DNA of 64,000 nucleotides from the NCBI RefSeq assembly GCF_964188315.1, contig NC_135655.1:50592001-50656000 (forward strand), given 5' to 3'. The stretch is from Podarcis muralis (Eukaryota). The stretch's first letter is position 1, and each line of letters opens with the position of its first letter. The notes under the pieces were generated by a model. The model did no database searches, had not been told where the DNA came from, and was given only the letters and a program-made list of their open reading frames with translations. The position numbers were made by a program, and so were the translations under genes. This document shows, piece after piece, positions 47,605 through 60,212 of the stretch.

Positions 47605-48029
47605 CTGCCAAAGACAATTTAATAAGGAGCCAACAAAAACTGTTTCACGGAATACGCAGCTTTCAGTCGCATGCACTGTTGTTTGCTATGAAAATGACTT
47701 TTCCCAAATGCTCCTGGAAGCAGCCAGTTGCAGAACTCCCTTTAAATTTAGTGGTGTTTGTCCCCTACACTACACACCTTCAATCAGGCCTTGAAGACTC
47801 ATCTTGGTCACCTTTTCTTGAGGTTTTTTTCTTTTTTAAGTTCTGCTGGTTGGTTTATTTTATTTTTATTTTTTGAAATTCAGAGCTGTTTTAAATCTGC
47901 TTTATAAAAAATCACTTTCCATGGTATCTTTCTAGCTTGACTTGCTGTTTTATAGTGGTTTACTAGGATCTGATGATTTCAGCACATTTTCCGAGGCCGG
48001 TGCTCTAAATGGTGGCTTAGAAATATTTT

Positions 48030-48240
48030 AAATACATAAATGAAAAGAACCAATAAGAGGGCAAAATGAAACAGCAGCAATAAAACAATCTTGTATTAAA
48101 AACTCACCAGATGTTAAGGAGCAAAGGTCTTTGCCTGGTGCTGAAAGCAAGTTCACAGAGACACAAGGCAAGGCTGTCTGGTGGGAAGCAATTCTACAAT
48201 TTCCAGGGCTGGCGTCAGCATGGTTAAAACATTGAGGGCC
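48030..48240 (-). mobile_element. L2-class LINE 3' fragment
   Basis: ggtctttgcctggtgctgaaag...gggaagcaattctacaatt. Confidence 0.55.
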
Positions 48241-48261
48241 CACCCACCCACCAGCAGCAAT

Positions 48262-48870
48262 CTTTATTATTTTATTATTTTAATTTTCTGTTATGCAATT
48301 TCAAATACTCATTTTACATCCTTAAGATATCAATGACTTCCCTTCTTCTCTTTCCATGCTTCATTTTACATATCTTAAATCCCTGCATATTTTACAAAAA
48401 CTATACCCATCAGTTTTCCATTACTGCATCCATCAAAACTTCTTTGCTCTGTTGAATTTATCTTAATGCTGCCAGGGTTTTCAGCTGTATAGAATTATTT
48501 TCCATATATTCAATAGACGTTTTCCAATCTTCTTTAAACGTATGTTCTTCTTGTTCTCTTATTCTATATAGAATAAGTCTGTGAGCTATGCATATTCTGT
48601 CAACTTAAGTTGCCATTCTTCTTTAGTTGGGACCTCACTCGTTTTCCATTTTGGGGAAACAAAACACAGGCCGCAGATGTTGCATACATAAATAACCTTT
48701 TCTGACACCTGGGGATTTCAGTCTCAATTATCCCCAAAAGAAAGGACTCTGGGGGTTTTTGGGGGGAGAGGAGTACTTTTAAACATTTTTTTCACTTCAT
48801 TATAGATCATTTCCCGATAATCCTTTACCCTTTTACATGTCCACCTAAACATGCCAGCAGCACTCTTGAT
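48262..48870 (-). mobile_element. L1-class LINE ORF2 C-terminus and 3' UTR
   Basis: MFRWTCKRVKDYREMIYNEVKKMFK resembles the L1 HMxWxC C-terminal motif; T-rich tail at about 48262; homologous to the copy at 12200. Confidence 0.85.
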
Positions 48871-49350
48871 TTTCTCCTGGCAGTGAGTCAAGGGGCCTCT
48901 TAGAATCATAGAATTGTGGAGTCATCTAGTTCAACCCCCTCCAGTGCAGGAATATGGTGAACAAACCTGCAACCTTGGAGTTATCCGAACCACACCCATG
49001 TCAGTGGGCCCCTTGATGGAGTGGAGGGCCTTGCCCAGAGCTCACACACTGTCCCTTCCCCTTGTTGCTCCCCACCTCAGATGGCAGGGGATGCCAAAGT
49101 AGAAGCTCCAAAGATGATCTCCCTGCATGGACAGGTTGATGCAGGAAAAGGTGCTCCTCCCAGGACCCAACCTGTGCAGGACTTTAAAGCTAAGTGCCTT
49201 CACTTTGAATTGTGCTCAGAAATGGCCAGGTAATCAGGGAAGTTCTTTAAACATAGCAACTCAGCATCTGTATTTTGTACTATACCAAGTACAGTTTCTG
49301 AGCAATCTTCAAGAGAATCTCCATGCACAATGCATTACAGCAGTCTAGTC

Positions 49351-49479
49351 CGAGCTTCCTCAACCTTCAGATGTTTTGAGACTACAATTCCCATCATCTC
49401 TGACCACTGGTCCTGCTAGCTAAGGATCATGGGAGTTGTAGGCAAAAAACATCTGGAGGGCTGAGGTTGAGGAAGCCTA
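49351..49479. mobile_element. hAT-type MITE family A, inverted relative to the 18124 copy
   Basis: gcttcctcaacc...ggttgaggaagccta; perfect TSD gtctagtc. Confidence 0.92.
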
Positions 49480-51997
49480 GTCTAGTCTCATTCCAGCTGC
49501 ACCTGCCTCCACGTTGATCAACACAGGCAGGCCAGATCAGTGTGCCAAAGCACTGCATCATCCTGCCTTGAGCTGCGGCATTTATTGATGTCACAGAGCA
49601 AGTAAAAAGCAAAATTTAATTGCTGGGAGCAGCTGTCATTCCGAGCAGTGAAGTGAACATGGCGCCACCCAAAACTTTAACAACTCCAGGTCTAGGATGT
49701 AAATGCTGTAAAAATACAGGAGGAAATGACAGTACATATAATAATAATAAAAGAGAAACACCAGATTTGTATAGGAGGTGTGCAGTTAAGACTGTTTTCC
49801 ACACGTAGCATCTGTGGATCAAGCAATTTCATTGTTTGCTGGGTGTCTTTTATAGATGCTGAGGTGATCATTAAATGGCACTTCCACTGTGCAAAGGACT
49901 TTGTCATTCCTATCTTATTTTATCCTCACTTACACAATGGAATTTCTCAAGAATTGGTGAAACCAGCCCGTTAATAAGATCAACCAGCGCAGTCCTCAAT
50001 CATGTATACTCAGAAACAAATCCATTTGATTTCAGTGGCATTTAGATTGCAGCCAAAGCACACTTACTCAAAGGTAATATCCATTGCACAGAGGGAAATT
50101 TGGTTCTGAGTAACCCTGCTTTGGATCTGCATGTAAATCTCCCAGAATGCTAAGCCATGTCATTGTGTCCACCCAACAACATACTGCAGGCTGATCCTAT
50201 GCAAGAGGGAGTCCTGCTGAGTTCACCAATATTGACTGCTAAGCAAGAGTAAATAGGATTATGAGCCTAAAGGCATTTCTGCACCTGCTTCTATTAGAAT
50301 TCCAACCTGAGTCAGATCCTAAGAGGGTGCAGGAGGGAGGTTTCTACTTGTCACTCCCTGCCAACTAAAAAACAAAACACATGGCATTGGCATAGCCCTT
50401 ATTTGAAAGGAGGCTATCCTGAAAATTGCCAATGGTTCATGCTAGCACGGGATCACCATCCTTTTTGGACCCATGCGTCAATTGCAAACCAGAGGAACGG
50501 TTGTGGGCATCACACACACACACACAGCCCCTGCAACCACTGGCTTAAATAGAAAGCTTCCTTCAAGCCTAATTTCAGCCGGTGTGGAGGGCACCCAGTG
50601 GGTGCCAAGGAAGACATTTGCAGACACGTGGGCACGCACAGACATTACGTCATTGACCCCTGCCCCAGCAGGTCTCCTGTGCCTTGGACATGGACTTCAC
50701 AGGCAGCAAAGGAACAGGTGGGGTGGTGACCCTTGTGTAGTGGCAACCCAGCTCCATGTTGAAACACCTTCACCTGATGCAAAGGCGATTTGTTGCGGAG
50801 TGTGCCAGGGTACACAACCGTCCTGGAGCAAGCAGGTTTACCAACTTCAGGGAAGACCAGCTGGAACCAGCTTGGTCACAACTGCTGGCCATGGCATGGG
50901 CCTCCCTTTTCTTCATAAACAGGATGGGCAATGGATCCTAGGGTGACCCTATGTAAAAGGAGCGGGGGATCCTGCACATTTAATTGATATGCAGAAGGTG
51001 TGGCTTACATAACAATGCAGCACAGTGGTTAAAGTTCCTCCCCTGACTACCCATGTCCTATATTTGTAAGAGTTCAGCCTGCAGAGAGCAAGGAGAGAAA
51101 GAGAACAACTAGGCCACCACTTCAATACTCCACTAGGTCTTATGCTTCAGTTTGTCCCTGCAAGGGGCAGCCGGAGTGGAGTGGAAGACTATAGGAACTC
51201 TGAATGGAGTGCTTCCCCCTTTGGAGCTGTTAGCAAAACCCAGACGGGATTTGTTCTGCTGCAGATCCCCGAGCATTGATCCTCACACTTGTTTAGCATG
51301 CAGTGGCAATGGGTGGAGTCGCATGACCTGCACACGGGGATGAGTGTTTCTGTTGTAGTTTATGCTGCCAGCTGCAATAAGAGGAATGTCATTCAAAGAA
51401 GTTGGAGTAGTCATATCTAACAAAAGCAGGTATGGGATGCCATGGCAGCAGTTTGACACAACAGCATGTGCTTCTCCCCCCCAGATACTGGTGGTTGTTG
51501 TGCTGTGATTGGGTGCTGAGTTCCGTCATAGCCTAGGCTTTGTCGTGGTAATGCTGACATTGTGGACAATGATGCTGGGGCAGCTATTTTTTAATCCCTC
51601 CCACACACTGAAGTTGATGGGAGGGGAATTCTCTTCATCCAGCCTGGGGCTGATGTAAAGTTTTGCCTTTGGTATCCAAAGGGAGGGAGTGTAGGATATG
51701 GTGCATCCCATCTATGGCTCTGCCTTGTTTCAGCTGTTCTGCTGGTGTGCCTTCACCAATGTAATGTCTACCTCCCAGCATGCTCCACCCACTGGCAGAC
51801 AAAGGTGGGGGCGGCGGGAGCAGTCCACCCTGGGTGCCATCCTGGGGGTGTGTGACATCGTCCCACCGCGCACCCCAGGGACATGCAGCACACCCCTGGG
51901 ACACACACCAGCCATGCCCCTGCAGGTTCACCACTCCGGATGCTGGGGCATGTAGCTCTGCCACTGGCTCCACCAGCATATCTGTTTGGGCAAAAGG

Positions 51998-52175
51998 CAT
52001 AGGAAGTGGCCTTATATACTTAATCAGATCAATGGTCCATCTACCCCAGTATTTTCTGCACTGACTCACAGTGGCTCCCAAGGGTTTCAGGCTGGAGTTA
52101 CTTCCAGTCCTCCCTAGAGCTGTTGCAGTTTGAACCGGAGAGCTTTTTGCTCGCAAAGCAGGTGCCCTTTGCCAA
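51998..52175 (-). mobile_element. Squam3-type SINE, diverged
   Basis: cataggaagtggccttata...ggtccatctaccccagtatt...tttgaacc. Confidence 0.7.
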
Positions 52176-53073
52176 AGCAGCGTAAGTGGCCAATTTTGAA
52201 CCTAAGACAGCACCTTTGGTTTTACATTTTTAAAAGAAATGTTTTCAGTGGTTGTGAGCTTGCCTGCTGTGCAAACGCAAAGCTGAAGTACTTGTCCAGC
52301 ACTAGTGGTTTTTAAATAAATAAATAAATACACAGAAAACAGCAAATGTCCTTCCCTACCCTGTACCCTGTACCATTTTAGGAACTTTCATTAGAATTAA
52401 ATTTTAAAATGTCCTTGTTTTCTGTACGCTTCCTTGCTGTGCGAAGGCAACACTGCAGTACTTACTCTGTTCTGCTGTGTTGTGTGTGTGTGTTTTTTAA
52501 AAAGTTGATAACAGCAATGCATTTCTTTCTTGTTCCCCACCTCCATGCTGCAAAATAACTTCTATCTATTATATGGAGACTAAGTATGATGACATTGGTG
52601 CTGGACAAAGGGAATATCTGGGAGTATCTAGCAAATGATAAAATGCAGTTGGGATGCTATTTTTTTTGGTTTTGCTACAATTGCGAAGAACAGCCCTTAT
52701 GTTGTGGCACCCAGGTCCTCAAACCTGCCTTAGTCTTTTCTGCTTGCAGGATTGGTGTAATATCCTTGCAGAGCAGGCACAATGCAGAAGAACAGAGGCA
52801 GCTGCCTCATTCCAGGTCAGGATGCCTGCACTATCTGCTCTGACTGGCAGTGGTGATCAGGAGTCTGAGCTGGAGGTATTTCCTGTTACCTGCTACTTGA
52901 GCCTTTTAATAGGTAATACCAGGAACTGCCTGAACTTTCAAAGGGGCATGGATATGTGCATGTGTTCATGTGCATGCATGTGGGTACAAGCAATGTATCT
53001 GGTTTCCTCAGCAGTCTGCATATGGGCCAATGAGCGAGGGCACTGCTCTTGGGTCCCTCTTCTAGCCACACAA

Positions 53074-53258
53074 GGGGGATAGCTCAGTGGGACAGCACCC
53101 GTTCTACATGAAGAAGGTTCTAGGTTCAATCCCCAACATCTCAAGATAGCATTGGAAAGACTCCTCCCTGAAATTCTGAAGAGATGCTGCCAGCCAGTGC
53201 TGGATGGTGACTTAGATGGACTGATTGTCTGAATCTGTATAAGGCACCTTCCTATGTT
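53074..53258 (+). mobile_element. Squam3-type SINE
   Basis: gggatagctcagtgg...aaggttctaggttcaatcccc...tataaggcaccttcctatgttcc. Confidence 0.8.
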
Positions 53259-54314
53259 CCCACAAGCTGCAAGGAGTCCTTTTGTGCAGTTCCCTTTGTC
53301 TTCAGGGGGGTTTTTTTGCCAGAGATTTCCCCAGTGGATTGTGCACAGAAGCCATCAGCCGTCATTAGGATCAGGGAGTTGGATAACAATGGTTGAGTTT
53401 TCTGCATGTCTTTTCTATAGCGAGCCATCTATGGAAAGTTCGATTTGTCTTCTGTAGCTGCTAACATTTCCATAGTGATTTATTCAATTGTGCTAAGCCA
53501 ACAAAAGAATCAATTTCGAAGCATGGTAGACTATAAATTTTTGAAAGCAATCATGTCACTGCATCAAGCATCCACCGGTATCATTTGCAAACGGGTCCGC
53601 GCAGCAGGCTCCACCTTCGATCTCCCCAAATTTGGAAAAGTATGTAGGCAAATTTGGAAAAGTTCAAGGCTTTCTACAGTATACGTTTTTAATCAGGGGA
53701 CAGGGCTGAACTGGAACTGGTGCAAGGAGCAGCCAGCCTTCAGTGTTTGCTTTCAGAGACATCTAAAAGTCACCAGAGACATTACATTCACAAGTTAGCT
53801 CAAATTGTACCCTGTTGAAAAGCAGGAAATGTTGACGTACTAATGCAATATGGGTAGGAACAAGAGTGCCTCGTTTAGCTGGTGCTGCCTGTGGCTTTTA
53901 TAGTGATTTTATTGTAATTTTATTGATGCACGTTGTATTTGGTTTAGTTTTATATTGTTAATTCTTGGTTTTAAATGTCTATGCATCTTCCACCTTGGGA
54001 GCTTTGGGTGGATTATAAACGGTCATAATAAATAAATAGCCCTCTCAGCACACAGTGGAAGAAGACAAGCGCTGCAGCCAAGTCTGAGTTCATTATACAG
54101 CTATTCAGGGAGCAGGTTGATGGACGCAAAGGCAGCGCAAGCCTTGAGAACCAACTCTGGGTTACAACAAGATGCAGTAACAGCAAGAGGAATGATGGTG
54201 GTGTGTTGGGAGCGAATGGCAGATGCAGACCCCCTTGTGGGTCCAGCTCATTTTTCTGAATTTTTTTTAAAATGGTGTGTGTGAGAGAGGCAGTAATGTT
54301 TCTAAATGCCAGTT

Positions 54315-54437
54315 GGTTGAAGGTGCAGGAGGGAGACTGCCCTTGTGCTCAGGTCTTGCCTGCAGGTTTTGCACAGGCATGTGGGGGAGCAGGTGGGTCA
54401 CCGGCCTGATCCAGCCGGCTCTTCTTGTGTCATTCTG
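54315..54437 (+). mobile_element. L2-class 3' end fragment
   Basis: gggagactgcccttgtgctcaggtcttgcc...ggcctgatccagccggctcttctt. Confidence 0.6.
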
Positions 54438-55433
54438 TTTTTGAGTAAGTGGGGGACATTCTCCAAGGGAACTTCGTAATAGCTTCTGAGACCTGCATAA
54501 GTGCATTAGAATTCTTGAAAGAGAGAGAGAGAAGCAGCAGCAAATTGTACTCTGATTGCATTTGCTGAAACATTTACTTTCGCACGCACAAGAGAGCCCC
54601 AAGTTCTTCTGACTAATGAGGGTGGGTGGAACTAGTGTATGAGAGTTAACCATGTAACAGCTCAGGTTTTTCCACCCAGTTTGATTACACTTTTTGATCT
54701 CGGTGTCTGATCAGCTCTGGAGGAAGAATCCATGCTGTTCATTATGGTCTTGTGTCTATCCGTGGGGAGTCAAGGCTTGAAACAGGAATCCAATCAACTA
54801 ACACGACTCCAGTGTAATCAAACTGTCTTTGAAGCAGAGCAAGTTGAGCTTCTTTCCCCTGCTGCCTTCAGATGAAAGTTCTCGGAGTTTCTGTCTAGCT
54901 TTGTTGTTGACATTGGGGAGGGCTCAAGATGGGGAGGACAGACAAGAAGCAAATTAGTTGGCTTGAAGTGAACTTAGAAGAAGACTTGACAGGAAATGCT
55001 TTTGTCAACAGGTGTTTTTATGGCAACCATCCCATCAAGACCACAAGCTGAAAGAGGTTCCTTGGAGTTCTGAGATCTGCATGCAAATTTCGGTTGCACC
55101 CATGGATGGCCTGTTGGCAGGATTGCAGTTGTTTTTAATGATGTGGGGGAAAGAGCCATAGGTCAGTGGTTATGTGCTTCGCACACAGAAGACTCCAAGC
55201 TTAGGTTAAAAAGACCTCAGGTAGTAGGACCGAGGAAGATTCCTCACTGCCCAAGTTATTGGAGAACCAGTGCCAGAGTATATAATACTTTTCTAGAAAG
55301 ACCAATGTCATACTGGGCACAAGGCAGATTTGCATATGTTCATTGATGCTGGAGAAGATAAGGGAGAGGACACGTGGACAGGAGCAGACTTGCTTGTTCA
55401 TAGATCTGCACTATTTCTCAGAAGCTTATACAG

Positions 55434-55566
55434 CAGGGGTGGGGAAATATTGGCCCACCATCTATTGCTGAACTCCCACCAGCCCCAGCAAGTATGACTA
55501 ATAGCCAGGGATGCCGGGAGTGGTAGTTCAGAAACATCTGGAGGGCCAAAGTTTTCCCCACATCTG
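55434..55566. mobile_element. hAT-type MITE family A
   Basis: caggggtggggaaa...tttccccacatctg; TSD ttatacag/atatgcag (6/8). Confidence 0.8.
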
Positions 55567-56282
55567 ATATGCAGTTGGTAAAGTTTTAACATGTTGGGAC
55601 CAGTTGGTCAGGCTTGAACGAAAACCATGCTTTTTTAAATCACTTGATGTAAAATGAGATGGCTTCCCAGTGTCCAGGATGGATGGAAAGAAGGATGTGA
55701 GAACTGTGGCATGTGAACAACAGAGGAGTGAACGGTGGGATTGCAGCTGGCAATGCTAGTCCAGCATTTGAAGTGCACTTGAACACAGATGAAGGGTCCC
55801 TCCTCAGCAGGAACGCAGTGTTTCCTGCTATGGTTCTTTTCTTCCCAAAGGTTTTTAACCCCAGATGACTCACCAATATAAGCAGCGCTGAGAAACAGCC
55901 TAGCAATATGACTCAGCATGGCCTGGTCTTCTTTTTTTGGCAGGCTTGTGAAATGTAACATTCTGGGTAAGCACATGAGTTCCTGCACCACTCCTTCATC
56001 CCAGCAGATAAATCGGCTAGATTTGCCCTGGTGTACATCTCCAGAGTTTTTTGGATTCAAGGAACTGGAGATGGAATTGGAGGCTGAAGAAACTAGACGC
56101 AGCAGGGAAAGCCATTTTTTATGTTCCACGTGTCACACAAGTGTGGGGTGTGGAGACGTTTGTGTCTGATTTTGACATCAAAAGGGGCAGGAATGGGAGG
56201 GGAGCTAAGCCAAGCCTTCCTTCTAGGAAGCTATCAGGCCTGGAACCAGAAGCTGTTAGCTTTGCCTGTGACTGCCATGGTG

Positions 56283-56500
56283 AACCCAGAAGAGTCCTGG
56301 TAGATCAGACCAAAAACCCATCTAGTCCAATATTCTGTTCCTGCACACTGGCCAACCAGGTGCCTACGGGAAACCTATAAGCAGGGCATAGACCCCAATA
56401 GCCCTCTCTTCCTCATGTTCCTCAGCAACTAGTATTCAGAGGCATACTGCCCCTGATCCTAAAGACAGGGCGTGGCCATCATGACTAATAGCCATTTGAG
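56283..56500 (-). mobile_element. L2-class LINE 3' end
   Basis: gagtcctggtagatcagacc...catctagtccaatattctgttcc...ggccaaccaggtgcc. Confidence 0.7.
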
Positions 56501-56524
56501 AGACAGATTTATGGAGGATGAGAT

Positions 56525-56762
56525 CATGGGTAGGCAAACTAAGGCCTGGGGGCCAGATCCGGCCCAATCGCCTTTTAAATCCAGCGCGCAGACGGTCTGG
56601 GAATCAGCATGTTTTTACATGAGTAGAATGTGTGCTTTTATTTAAAATGCATCTCTGGGGTATTTGTGGGGCATAGGAATTCATTCATTTCCCTCCCCAA
56701 AATATAGTACGGCTCCCTGGCCTTAGGGACCGTGGACCAGCCCCCTGCTGAAAATGTCCCTG
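56525..56762. mobile_element. hAT MITE, URR1/OposCharlie1-like
   Basis: catgggtaggcaaactaaggcc...ccccctgctgaaaa...ccctg; perfect 8-bp TSD gatgagat. Confidence 0.85.
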
Positions 56763-59073
56763 GATGAGATGATCAGAACTGCTGTTCAGAGTATCTTCCC
56801 GACTATTCTCAGGTTGTAGAACGGCCCACTCAAGCTGGCTGCTGTTACACCCCAGCTTCCCAGACAGGAAGAGCTGTTAAAAAAAGCCTCTTTTCTGGGC
56901 TGGGGCCTTATCTGAAAGGCAGGCTCCTTTTGCTCCAACATGGTTCTGTGCAGCCCTTGACTCTGGCTCAAGTCCCAGTTCCCAGCCCCAGGCTCACTTC
57001 TGGCAGATGCCTATAGCTCAGTCGTATTGCTAGCCCTGCTTACCTCCTTGCCCTTCATACACTATGAGAAGAATGCCTGGACTATGGAGCATGGGGAGGG
57101 AAGAGGAGGTTAGCTCCCCTCACCCCTGCCTCGTTTTCAGTGTAAAAATGACCTACAGTGCTCTTTTGACACAGGAACGACAAATGCAGTTGCTATTGTT
57201 TTTCATCAGATTAGGCCCCTGGTTTACGCCAGTCTTGTCTCTCACTCTCTTTTGCAGAAGAGCTTCCCCACCTCTTCCTAGAGGCTTGCTGGACAATGTA
57301 GGGAACTTGCCTGTGGTGAGGAGAACAACAAGCATTTCTGTGCCTTGCCTCCAGTGTCCAGGGAAGATGGATTTGTCCCAGGTAGGTGGAGAGAAGCACA
57401 ATAGGAGCTGCGGCAAGCAGTTTCTGTGCCTGACCTTTCCCAGAGACTGAATGATGCATCTGAAGTGTCTAACGCTGACAAAGTGACAGGAGTGAAAATG
57501 GCCTCTATTACAATATGTTATTATCTTTGCTGTGACTCAGAAATGTCTTCGTCTCTCAGGGCAGGAAACTCCAAGCAAGGGCACAGCTGAGACAGCAAGC
57601 TCAGCCTCCCCCCCCCTAGCTGATGTCCCTTTAGATTCTGGGTTCTTGAAATACTGACAGTCTCTTAACAAGGGGTTCCACAAAATCTGCTCCATTTCTC
57701 AAAGGAGAGGTTCTGGGGCTCAGACGTGCGTGGGAGTCCTGCTGTCTGCTTGGGAGTCCTGTAATGAGACAAGATGAGGCAGCAGCCTCAGGTGACTTGT
57801 CTTGGGTGTCATTAAGGGCAGTAGAGTGAGAAGCAGAGAGTTCAATAGATCTCAGGAAGAAATAATCAATCAGGAAGTTCTCCTGCACAGACCTCATTGC
57901 AAAGAGCTGGAGTTACAAACAGACAATGCACCTTCTTTTCCTTTCAATAAACTTTGTGCAGCAGAACATCTTGGTAATGTTCCCTACTAATTAGTAGGAG
58001 AGAGGGTACCATTTGGATTTTCTGCCACAGGCACCAAATTGTCTTGGAACTGGCTCCACTGGGAATGCCTATAAAATATGTCAGGATGGGAACTGAATTT
58101 TGTCATTCCTTTTATTTCACTAACAAACCACCACATGCAAGTGAGGAATCGACATAAAGGGAGCAAAGAAGCTGTTTAGGTGTGGCAACTCATTTCTGGA
58201 AAAGTGGACTTTGTCATATAAAACTTCATTCTGTGTGAAAAATACAGAAGTCTTTTTTTTTTTTTTAATGGATAGCCTGTTCCCTGCGAAAGTCTGCTGA
58301 GCATTGTCCATGATTCTTATTCCTTCCACTCACAATGCAATTTCAACTTCGCTAGTTTTATGGTGATAGAGAGATTGGGTTCCACAAGAGAGAGGGAAAG
58401 TAACCAGCCCAGTTTGGATGAGGAGTATTAATCTGGCTTCCAGACACTTGACTCCCAAATCAAATTAGCTAGACCTGGTGGAGCGAAAAGAGACCATTGA
58501 TCTTCCTCCTGTGAGGGATCTGGAAAGGCAATGCCCCTTCAGAGTCTTATGGTTCAATGGACTATATTGGATATGATGAACTGGTACCTATAACTCTTAT
58601 TGTGGTTGCCCTGCAAATTGGAGGAGCAGGTTGCTAGGTCTAAAATGGCAGGGAGGTCATTTATTTAACTTAATATAGGTTATTCTTCTGTTTTATTTGA
58701 GGTACATCTGGTGTACATCTCAGAAGACTCCTCTTCAAGAGCTGAGTAATGTATATGCTTCCACTTCATTCACACTTCAAGGGGTGCTTTTATTATAAAC
58801 CAAGCAATGAATCAAAGCAGTGTCTCTTTCAGCTCCCCACATTACAAGTTTCTCTGTTGTGTAGGTGTGGAGCCTCTGTCCGTGGTGCTGAATTGTGAGT
58901 GGCTGTTCTATGGAGAAATATGCAGCATACTGAATTCCAGAGTCAGATTTCCCCAGTGATGTCTATCCACAAGTGTTCTGTTTAAGATGACCACTAAACA
59001 GTTTGAGTTAAGAATACTTTTGTGTGTGCATTAACCTACAATGACATTTGAGGTGGGGAGAGGGGGAGAAAGG

Positions 59074-59080
<7 letters not shown>

Positions 59081-59139
<59 letters not shown>
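59081..59139. repeat. (AG)n microsatellite
   Basis: About 29 units. Confidence 0.98.
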
Positions 59140-59142
<3 letters not shown>

Positions 59143-59656
59143 TCCCCCATCAATATTTAAAATGAATGTCAGGTGAAATTGCAGGGTTTCAGATCAATGT
59201 GTCATCTGCTGAAATGTGAACAGCTGCTGCCTTTGTGGATGTATTTCCCTGTTTTTTTTATTATAGCATCACTGATCTCTCGTCTGCCTGATCTGTTGTG
59301 CTGACAGGAGTATTTGAGGAATCTGAGTAGGAAAGCAGAATGAGAGACAGAGAAAGAAGTGATAAAAACAACTTGATGCTATGCCTCTGGAGTGAAATTT
59401 TATCCCCAGAGCTGGAGGATTTATAGCAGGTTCTGCTGCAGTGATGGAGTCCTGCTGTTCTTACCAAGTGGCTCCTTAGAAGAGATTCTCTTATAACTGA
59501 GGGATTTAAGGTAGGTCCTATTGCATCTCAGGGGAATGAACGAAAGTGTCCTGACTTAATAGGATTGCATGCATTGCAAGTTTTCCATTCCAGCAATGCA
59601 GGGCAGGGTTCAGACCTATAGAGGGGAGTTTTATGGAGGAAGGCCATTGTAACTCA

Positions 59657-59870
59657 ATAATAATAATAATAATTAATAATAACAACTTTTATTTATATCC
59701 TGCCCTGCCCGGCCAAAGTCGGGCTCAGGGCGGCTAACATCAAATATGTAACATTGATATAAAATCAAACAATAATTAAATTACCTCCTAAAACAGGTCA
59801 GAATCAAATTAAAGTCTAATTAGATGGCTTTCCGCAGGGTTAGGGTTGGGAACAGTAAGTGCTCATCGGC
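59657..59870 (-). mobile_element. Non-LTR retroelement 3' end with (aat)n tail
   Basis: (aat)n followed by tttatttatatcctgccc...gggctcagggcggctaac. Confidence 0.6.
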
Positions 59871-60059
59871 CCATATGCAACAGCAAACTTTTAACTACAA
59901 ATAGCTGGGTAGATTTAAAGTGATTTAGACCACATTCCTGCCATAGTTAATCACAAAAATCTCTTTCACAATACATGGACATAAATGTGCCTCTTTACAG
60001 CTAGATCTTGCCTTTAACTTACTGACTACGTGTGTGCTTACTTGGGCCCTGAGCTCATC

Positions 60060-60212
60060 ACCAGAGGCATTCCCTTTGGCAGAAGCTTGGAGAGCCTTTT
60101 CAGTGATGGCTCCTCACTTGTGGAATACTCTCCCAGATGAGATTTGCCTGGCTCCTATATTAACATATTTTCAGTGCAAGGCAGAGACTTTCCTCTTCTT
60201 CATGGCATTTGA
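60060..60212 (+). mobile_element. L2-class ORF2 C-terminus remnant
   Basis: RAFSVMAPHLWNTLPDEI...ETFLF in ORF 60034-60273. Confidence 0.85.

Noticed and set aside
55635-56129. 164-aa minus-strand ORF
   Set aside because: No domain or motif recognised; length is compatible with chance.
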